DNA of 64,000 nucleotides from Candidatus Brocadiia bacterium. GTDB lineage: Bacteria; Planctomycetota; PUPC01; DSUN01. A program made the translations under genes and the position numbers. Position 1 is the stretch's first letter; the number at the start of each line of letters is the position of its first letter. This document shows positions 56,763-64,000 of this stretch, one piece after another. The DNA lies in NCBI GenBank assembly GCA_046538415.1, contig JBKHIY010000013.1, positions 747 through 64,746 on the forward strand, written 5' to 3'. The notes beneath the pieces were generated by a model, which saw only the letters and a list, made by a program, of their open reading frames with translations, did not search any database and had not been told where the DNA came from.

Positions 56763-58421
56763 ATGAAGCTGATCATCGCCAGGGGGCCGAACAAGGGCTC
56801 GCTCTTCGACGTGCCCGACGAGCGGTGCACCATCGGCCGTGCCCACTCGAACCGCGTGGTGCTCTACGACCGCCGCGTCTCCGCGCACCACGCGGCGGTC
56901 GAGCCCCAGGATAGCGGCTACGAGATCCGCGACCTGGGCAGCTCCAACGGCACCTACGTCAACGGCTTGCTCATTACGCGTTCGCGCCTCCGCCCCGGCG
57001 ACGCCATCCAGCTCGGGGACACCGTGCTGGCCTTCGAGCGCCTGCCCCAGCAGGAGGCGGAGCCGCCCTCCTTCGAGGTCGTGCGCGACGCCCCCGAGCA
57101 AAGCTCCACCATCCGGGCCACGGTCAAGCAGAAGGACTCCTCGACCATCGTCGGAGCGCGGCGGAAGAAGGTCGACGTGGATGCCCTGCGGGAGGATCGC
57201 CGCAAGCTCCTCGCCCTCTACCGCGTGAACAGCGCCATCAACTCCGTGCGCGAGACCCACGAGATGCTGTGCCGCGTGCTGGAGGAGATCTTCGACGTGC
57301 TCAATGCCGAGCGGGGCTTCGTCATGCTCCTCGACCAGGAGACGGGGGCCCTGTTGCCCGCCGCCATGCGTCGCCGCCGCGCCGAGGACGATGCTCCCCA
57401 GGTGACCATCAGCCGCACCATCGCCCGCCAGGTGATCGAGCAAGGCGAGGCGGTGCTCAGCGCCGACGCCGCCCACGACGAGCGCTTCGCCGCCTCCGAG
57501 AGTATCGTGGCCCACGGTATCCGCTCCGCCATGTGCGCCCCTCTGCACGGGCGGGCCAGCCTCCAGGGCATCATCTACCTGGATAACGTGGGCTCCGCCC
57601 ACAGCTTCACCCCTCGCGACCTCCGGCTGCTCACCGCCATGGCCAACCAAGTGGGCATCGCGGTAGAGAGCTCCCGCCTGGTCGAGGCTCGCGTGGCCGG
57701 CGAGCGCTACGCCGCCATCGGCCAGGCCGTGGCCGGGCTGTCCCATTACATCAAGAACATCCTGGGCTGCACTCAAGGCGGCGCTGCCATCGTCCAACGC
57801 GGGCTGGCCACGAGCGACCTGGAGGCCGTCCAGCGAGGGTGGGAGATCGTGCGCCGCAACGAGGCCAAGATCTCCGAGCTGGTGCTCGACATGCTCAACT
57901 ATTCGGGCGCCGCAGAGCCCCTCACCCGGCCCTCGCAGGTCAACGACATCGTCCGCGAGACCGCCGAGGACGTGGCTCCCCAGGCGGAGAAGGAGGTGCG
58001 GGTGGAATGCGACCTCGCTCCCCACCTCCCCGAGGCCCGGGTGGACCCCAACGCCGTTCACCGCTGCCTGCTCAACCTGGTGTCCAACGCCATCGATGCC
58101 CTTCCCGACGCCGGTGGCGTCGTGCGCCTCGCCACCCGCTACGATCGGGACGAGCAGGCGGTACGAATCGCCGTCACCGACAACGGCTGCGGCATCGAGC
58201 CCGAGCTGATCCCCACGCTCTTCAACGTCTTCGTGAGCACCAAGGGCTCCAAGGGCACGGGCCTGGGGCTGGCCGTGGTGGACAAGCTGGTGAAGGAGCA
58301 CGGGGGCCGGGTGGAGGTCGCATCCAGCCCCGGCGAAGGCAGCGCCTTCACCCTCGTCTTGCCCCTGGAGCCGGAGAGCGACGTCTCGGAGACGGCCCGG
58401 CCCGCCGCCCCCCCGTCCTGA
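56763..58421 (+). CDS. Sensor histidine kinase with N-terminal FHA and GAF domains
   Basis: The FHA region is CTIGRAHSNRVVLYDRRVSAHHAAV…GSSNGTYVNG. The GAF region is GFVMLLDQETG…IYLD. The HisKA H-box is AGLSHYIKNIL. The HATPase_c region carries the N (LLNLVSNAIDA), G1 (DNGCGI) and G2 (GTGLGL) boxes. Confidence 0.85.
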   Translation: MKLIIARGPNKGSLFDVPDERCTIGRAHSNRVVLYDRRVSAHHAAVEPQDSGYEIRDLGSSNGTYVNGLLITRSRLRPGDAIQLGDTVLAFERLPQQEAEPPSFEVVRDAPEQSSTIRATVKQKDSSTIVGARRKKVDVDALREDRRKLLALYRVNSAINSVRETHEMLCRVLEEIFDVLNAERGFVMLLDQETGALLPAAMRRRRAEDDAPQVTISRTIARQVIEQGEAVLSADAAHDERFAASESIVAHGIRSAMCAPLHGRASLQGIIYLDNVGSAHSFTPRDLRLLTAMANQVGIAVESSRLVEARVAGERYAAIGQAVAGLSHYIKNILGCTQGGAAIVQRGLATSDLEAVQRGWEIVRRNEAKISELVLDMLNYSGAAEPLTRPSQVNDIVRETAEDVAPQAEKEVRVECDLAPHLPEARVDPNAVHRCLLNLVSNAIDALPDAGGVVRLATRYDRDEQAVRIAVTDNGCGIEPELIPTLFNVFVSTKGSKGTGLGLAVVDKLVKEHGGRVEVASSPGEGSAFTLVLPLEPESDVSETARPAAPPS

Positions 58422-58432
58422 GGTCCGCGCGT

Positions 58433-59245
58433 ATGGCTGGCCATCCCACCGCCCCCCGGAGGCCCTCCCCGCCCTGGAAGGCTGTGTGCCTGGTCCTGGG
58501 GCTCTACGCGCTCCTCCTGGGCGGCCTGGCAGCGCGGGCCCGGGGCTCTGGGTCCGAGATCGCTGAGATTCTAGTGACCGCGGAATCGGCCATGGTCGCG
58601 GTGGGGGCGCCTTTCTTCCTTGTGGCGGCTCGGCGGATGCGGGGAGGGCTGCGGCGGGCCCTGTGTGCCGCCGGCCCGCTGCTGCTGGTCTTCGCTCTGT
58701 CGCTTGCCATCCGGGGCATCGCCGACGACGCCGGGCGCCAGGCCGGGGCTTTCGCCTGGGCGCAGGTGTTTCTCCTTTCCTTCGCTCTGCTGCTGTGGGG
58801 CTTCGCGACGGGCCTGGCGCGCCTGGGCGCCCGCCCCACGGCGGCTCAGGCGGCAGCCACCCTGGTGGGCCTGGCCATGGTGGGCAACCTTTTCTACGCG
58901 AATCCCTTCATCGAGGCGCACGAGCCTGGGCCGGGCAAGCTGCGGGCCGTGAAGGCGGCCCTGTGGACGAATCCCTGGGTCATCGCGCTGCGCAGCATTC
59001 TGGAGGAGGACCCGCTCCAGACGGAAGGGCTCTACGCCGTCACCGTCGTCCACTGGTACGACGTCCGCTACCCAGGCACGGAGGTCGAGGGCACGGCTTC
59101 CCGCGTGGGGCTCTTGAGCGGCGCCTACGCCGCGTCGGCCCTCGTCGTGTGGGGCCTGAGCTGGCTGGCGCTGGGGGTGCGGCGAGGGGCTGGACGGGCC
59201 GCGGCGAGGGCGCGGGGCCCGCGTGCCGGGCCGCCGGCCCGCTGA
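58433..59245 (+). CDS. Hypothetical polytopic membrane protein, co-transcribed with the kinase
   Basis: 270 aa with about 6 predicted TM helices and an Arg-rich C-terminal tail. It starts 11 nt after the kinase stop. Confidence 0.45.
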   Translation: MAGHPTAPRRPSPPWKAVCLVLGLYALLLGGLAARARGSGSEIAEILVTAESAMVAVGAPFFLVAARRMRGGLRRALCAAGPLLLVFALSLAIRGIADDAGRQAGAFAWAQVFLLSFALLLWGFATGLARLGARPTAAQAAATLVGLAMVGNLFYANPFIEAHEPGPGKLRAVKAALWTNPWVIALRSILEEDPLQTEGLYAVTVVHWYDVRYPGTEVEGTASRVGLLSGAYAASALVVWGLSWLALGVRRGAGRAAARARGPRAGPPAR

Positions 59246-59317
59246 TCCCAGGATGCGCGGCGCCCGGAGGGAAACAAAGGGGCCGCCCCCCGCCATCCCC
59301 TGCCCTCCTCCATGCGC

Positions 59318-60535
<1,218 letters not shown>

Positions 60536-60582
60536 CGCTTCCTGGGCTCGAGGATGGTTCGGGGTCACGGTCGAGCGGCGCG

Positions 60583-61716
60583 TCAGCGTTGCCTGGTGAC
60601 CTTCGGGGGGTTGATGTAGTCGTGGTATTTCTCGCGGACTCGGGCCACGGAGGCATCGCCGAGGTGGATGAAGATGCGGTAGTCGAAGCGGAGCTGCTCG
60701 CCGGCCTTGAGGGTGTACTCGCCGGTTTCCCCGGAGTCGGGCTGGAAGTAGGAGATGCCGAAGGGGTTGGCGGTCATCAGGCCGTAGTCGCGCACGTGCC
60801 AGTAGGTCGGGTAGCGGAAGTTGGTGGGGGTGTCGAAGACGGCGATGCCCACCAGCTTGCCGCGCACGGGGCCGCTGTAGTCGCACCATACGGCGCGGCG
60901 TCCCCACGTCTCGTCCTCGCCGATGGCGCCGTAGGAGTTTTCGATGCTGCCGTCTTTGTTGCCGTCCATCGAAGTGGCCACGCGCACGGAGCAGAGGCCG
61001 CCCTCCTTGGTGTCGCCGAAGGTGACCTTGCGCGAGGTGGCCTTGAAGGTCACGCTGAGGTCCATGATCCGCTCTTCGGGGCTGGCGGCGTAGACTCGCA
61101 CCTCGCGCTCCTCGCTGCACAGCTTCTTGCCCCGGTTCGAGACCCAATCGAGGTCCTGGCGGAGGAGGGCCGCCACGGGACCGTCGCTGAGCTCCTTGAC
61201 CCTCCGGCTCACCTGGCGGCCGTGGCCTTTCTCCTCCGACCAGTTGTCCGCCCCGCTCACGTCGCCGTGGGCCACCCACAGGCTCTTGTGGTGAGGGTGG
61301 TCGGTGGTCTCTCCGGGCACGTTGTCGACCAGGGGATAGCTGCGGGTGATGGGGGTCTGCTCGGGGCCGTAGAGCGGGTAGAAGAAGGGCCGCGCCCAGT
61401 CCTTGGCGAAGTTGTAGGTGGTGAAGAGCTTGCCCCGCACGAAGAAGTGCACGGCGTCGCCGTCGCGGGTGGCCTCCGCCGCCTTGCCCCCTGCCCTGCT
61501 GCCCCGGCCGGTTTCGAGCAGGTAATGCTTCTCCTCGCCGGGGGGAATGTGGTCGAGCATCCAGCACAGCTCGCCGCGCACCACCTGGCAGGGCACCACT
61601 CGCTGGGTGGTCTCGTCGGTGAGCTTGGCCTTCTTCGCTCGGCCGATCGGCATGCCCATGGGGACGTCGTGGCGGGGCCGCGGCCCTGCTTCCACCACCA
61701 GCCGGCTCTTGGCCAT
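60583..61716 (-). CDS. PmoA-family (PF14100-like) protein, tentative
   Basis: 377 aa. It is beta-rich with His-rich motifs [13 protein letters not shown]. It is co-localised with a xylose-isomerase-like TIM barrel gene and a Gfo/Idh/MocA gene, as seen for PmoA-family proteins in Planctomycetota. This is a recall-based call. Confidence 0.35.
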   Translation of the reverse strand: MAKSRLVVEAGPRPRHDVPMGMPIGRAKKAKLTDETTQRVVPCQVVRGELCWMLDHIPPGEEKHYLLETGRGSRAGGKAAEATRDGDAVHFFVRGKLFTTYNFAKDWARPFFYPLYGPEQTPITRSYPLVDNVPGETTDHPHHKSLWVAHGDVSGADNWSEEKGHGRQVSRRVKELSDGPVAALLRQDLDWVSNRGKKLCSEEREVRVYAASPEERIMDLSVTFKATSRKVTFGDTKEGGLCSVRVATSMDGNKDGSIENSYGAIGEDETWGRRAVWCDYSGPVRGKLVGIAVFDTPTNFRYPTYWHVRDYGLMTANPFGISYFQPDSGETGEYTLKAGEQLRFDYRIFIHLGDASVARVREKYHDYINPPKVTRQR

Positions 61717-61779
61717 AGGAACAACCCTCCTCCGCAGGAACGGGAGCGGGGTGAGTCGCCGCCTCCCGATAGCAGCGGC

Positions 61780-62598
61780 CTATGGGCGAAACACCTCGCG
61801 CAAGTAGTCCAGCGACCGCGTGGCGATGGTCTGGGGATCGGGCGAGAAGTCGAACACCTCGACCGACACCCAACTCTCGTAGCCGATGTCGCGGAGAGCA
61901 GCGGCGATGGGATGGAAGTCCACCTCGCCGAAGCCCGGCCCCCGCAGGTTCACGTCGTTGGCGTGCACGTGAGCCAGGTGGTCCTTGCTCTCGCGGATGA
62001 TCGTCTCGGGCGGGCGCTCCTCCTCGCCCACCATGGCCTTCACGTCTAGATGCAGGCGCACCGCGGGGCAGTCCACGGCCTCGATGAGCCGCACCGCCTC
62101 GTCCTTGGTGCGCAGGAAATTGGTCTCCTTGCTGGTCAGCGGCTCGAGGGCGATGGTCACGCCGTGGCGGGCGGCCTCGTCGCCGCAGGAGCGGAACATG
62201 GCCACGCTGCGCTCCCAGGCCGCCTCGTAGGTGTCCCCCTCGGCCACGTTGCGCTGTCCCGGCGAGCCGAACACCATCACCTGGCCGCCCAGGTCGCGGC
62301 ACAGGCGGATGAGGGCGAACATGAAGTCGCGGGTCCGCTCTCGCGCCGCCTCGTCGGGGCCGTTGATCGACAGGCCCTTGGGGCTGGAGAGCAGCCAGTG
62401 GAGCCCCACGATGGCCATGCCTGCCTCCTCGGCCGCTCGGCGCACCTCCGCCGCTCGGCCCGCGGGCAGCTCACGGATGTCTTCCGCCAGCGTGAAGGGA
62501 GCCACCTCCACCCCCTCGTAGCCCACCGACGCAGCGTAGCGCAGCACCCGCTCGAGGGGCCACCCCTCGAACAGCTCGTTGCAGATGGCGAATCGCAT
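61780..62598 (-). CDS. Sugar phosphate isomerase/epimerase (xylose isomerase-like TIM barrel)
   Basis: 272 aa. [10 protein letters not shown]…, GYEGVEV and the metal-binding His/Glu pattern (…ALEPL…, [10 protein letters not shown]) are present. Confidence 0.85.
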   Translation of the reverse strand: MRFAICNELFEGWPLERVLRYAASVGYEGVEVAPFTLAEDIRELPAGRAAEVRRAAEEAGMAIVGLHWLLSSPKGLSINGPDEAARERTRDFMFALIRLCRDLGGQVMVFGSPGQRNVAEGDTYEAAWERSVAMFRSCGDEAARHGVTIALEPLTSKETNFLRTKDEAVRLIEAVDCPAVRLHLDVKAMVGEEERPPETIIRESKDHLAHVHANDVNLRGPGFGEVDFHPIAAALRDIGYESWVSVEVFDFSPDPQTIATRSLDYLREVFRP

Positions 62599-62629
62599 CC
62601 TCGTCGTCCTCCGCCGCCCGGTCGCGGGG

Positions 62630-63991
62630 CTAAGTGATGTTCAGCACCTGGATGCTCGCCGCTGCGAGCACCGCCTGGACCGCTTGCGCCGCGAATACCA
62701 CGGCGAAGGCAGCCAGACGATACGGAGCCAGCCGCTCGACCTCGGCCGCCGCCCCCACGGCGCAGGCGGGCATCAGGAACATCCACAGCCGGGCCACCTC
62801 GCCGCGGTTGGCGCCCGCCAGGTCGAGCGCCACCAGGAGGCCGGCCAGGATCAGCGTCGGCCAGTCCCCCGCTCGTAACCCCTTCGTCCGCAGGGCTCTG
62901 AGCTCACGCAGGCTCCTGGCCACGAACAGGCAGGCCACAGGCACCCCGAGGAAGAAGCCGTACTCCAGGGGGTTGAGGACCAGCCACGTCCAATAGCCAC
63001 GCTGCGTCCGCGCGTTGAACTCCGCGTTGCCCTCCCAGCAGGCCCGCCACACGGCGAACGAGTTGTAGCCCACCACGGCGTACAGGACGCCCACCGGCAC
63101 CAGCACCCCCGCGCCCCCGCAGGCCAGGAGCTTCGCCCAGGTTCCCGCCGGCCCCCTGCCCTGCCCCCGCCACAGGCCCACCACACCGAGCAGCCCCGTC
63201 CAACCCGCGACCACCGCGAACGACAGCGACAGAAACAGGCCCGCAGAAACCACCAGCCCCGCGGCGAACGCCCGCCGCCCGCTCCCCTTCTGCCCCGCCG
63301 TGAGCCCCAGCCAGCACGCGCTCAGTGCCAGCACAGGAAAACACACGTCCAGAGCAGGGCTGAACATGAGCAAGCTGGGCACCGCCGCCGCGAACCCCGC
63401 GGCGAGCAGAGCCGTCCGCCGTCCATAGAGGCTCCTGCCCAGCGCATAGGCGGGCAGGACCACCAGGCACCCCGCCAGGCGAACGACGAACGTGCCCAGC
63501 CACAAGCCGGCCATCTCCGCCGCCGTGCGGTCCCGCAGCAAGTGAGCGGCCCACGGCGTCTGCGCCAGGCGCACGCCGCCGCCCACCACGTCCTCGCACC
63601 CCCGCACAAAGGCGCGGGCCGCCTCGGGGTGCCCCTCGAAGACCCGGTTGAGACCCCAGAAGGTGACCAGCGGCCCGGCCGGATGGGTGCTCAACTGGGC
63701 GCGAAACCGCTGCCCCATCCACTTCTCGTAGCTGCGCAGCCGCTCCCCCAGGTCCTCCACCTCCCGCGCCGCCTCATGGTAGCTGCTCGCCCCGCGGCGG
63801 CCCAGGGCCACCAGCCCCGCCTGGTAGCCCGCCGGCGCCTGCCGACCTGCGGCGATCTGGGCCAGCAACGCAAGGACCGCGATCCCGACCAGCAAGAGAG
63901 CCTCCCGAGCCCGGCTCGCGGCTGCCGCCCCGCGCCATGCCAGGGCTACCACGGCGCCCAGGACGGCGAACACCACCAGCGGCTGCCACAC
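62630..63991 (-). CDS. Hypothetical polytopic membrane protein, possibly a GT-C-like glycosyltransferase
   Basis: 453 aa with about 11 TM helices. No motif was recognised. The ATG lies 9 nt from the window end, so the true start may be outside. Confidence 0.4.
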   Translation of the reverse strand: MWQPLVVFAVLGAVVALAWRGAAAASRAREALLLVGIAVLALLAQIAAGRQAPAGYQAGLVALGRRGASSYHEAAREVEDLGERLRSYEKWMGQRFRAQLSTHPAGPLVTFWGLNRVFEGHPEAARAFVRGCEDVVGGGVRLAQTPWAAHLLRDRTAAEMAGLWLGTFVVRLAGCLVVLPAYALGRSLYGRRTALLAAGFAAAVPSLLMFSPALDVCFPVLALSACWLGLTAGQKGSGRRAFAAGLVVSAGLFLSLSFAVVAGWTGLLGVVGLWRGQGRGPAGTWAKLLACGGAGVLVPVGVLYAVVGYNSFAVWRACWEGNAEFNARTQRGYWTWLVLNPLEYGFFLGVPVACLFVARSLRELRALRTKGLRAGDWPTLILAGLLVALDLAGANRGEVARLWMFLMPACAVGAAAEVERLAPYRLAAFAVVFAAQAVQAVLAAASIQVLNIT

Positions 63992-64000
63992 CTGCCCCCA

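Overview
This is a 64 kb chromosomal window at roughly 70% GC. It is gene-dense, with about 50 protein-coding genes on both strands. I found no rRNA, tRNA, CRISPR array or recognisable IS/transposase/integrase.

The many long Arg/Pro/Gly-rich ORFs in the six-frame track are off-frame artefacts of the GC content.

The gene content points to a Planctomycetota-like bacterium, which is an inference. The evidence is two prepilin/DUF1559 'H-X9-DG' pseudopilin-type genes, a PmoA-family + Gfo/Idh/MocA + xylose-isomerase-like TIM trio, and a TMTC-like GT-C glycosyltransferase with TPR repeats.

Housekeeping blocks:
- dapB and lpdA.
- mreD-mrdA-rodA followed by a TIGR03960 radical-SAM gene.
- rnc.
- obg-rpmA-rplU-rng plus a TIGR03936 partner gene.
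- hpf-ptsH-ptsI.
- trpE, rsgA, nadE and argG.

Notable loci:
- (a) 42.6-49.1 kb holds a tandem array X1-Y1-X2-Y2-X3 of a two-gene cassette. Y is a large, very acidic type-IV-pilin-like protein with a prepilin cleavage motif and shuffled C-terminal beta modules. X is a small membrane-anchored or lipoprotein partner with a conserved C-terminal motif. The array sits next to a GT4 glycosyltransferase and has no pilus assembly genes nearby. This is my best candidate for an undescribed system.
- (b) An STT3/AglB-type oligosaccharyltransferase lies in an operon with ApbE and DUF1015.
- (c) A 71-aa bacterial histone-fold protein is driven by a textbook TTGACA-N17-TATATA promoter.
- (d) A MoxR AAA+ ATPase is paired with a 1522-aa secreted TPR/PQQ-propeller/PDZ protein.
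- (e) The two DUF1559 genes are a tandem duplication in which the prepilin leader of one copy is replaced by a cytoplasmic GYF/DUF4339-like domain.
- (f) An FHA-GAF histidine kinase has a co-transcribed membrane protein and no response regulator.
- (g) A 370-bp C-rich, strand-asymmetric non-coding block lies between convergent genes.

None of these calls could be checked against databases here. Family assignments come from motifs I recognise in the translations.
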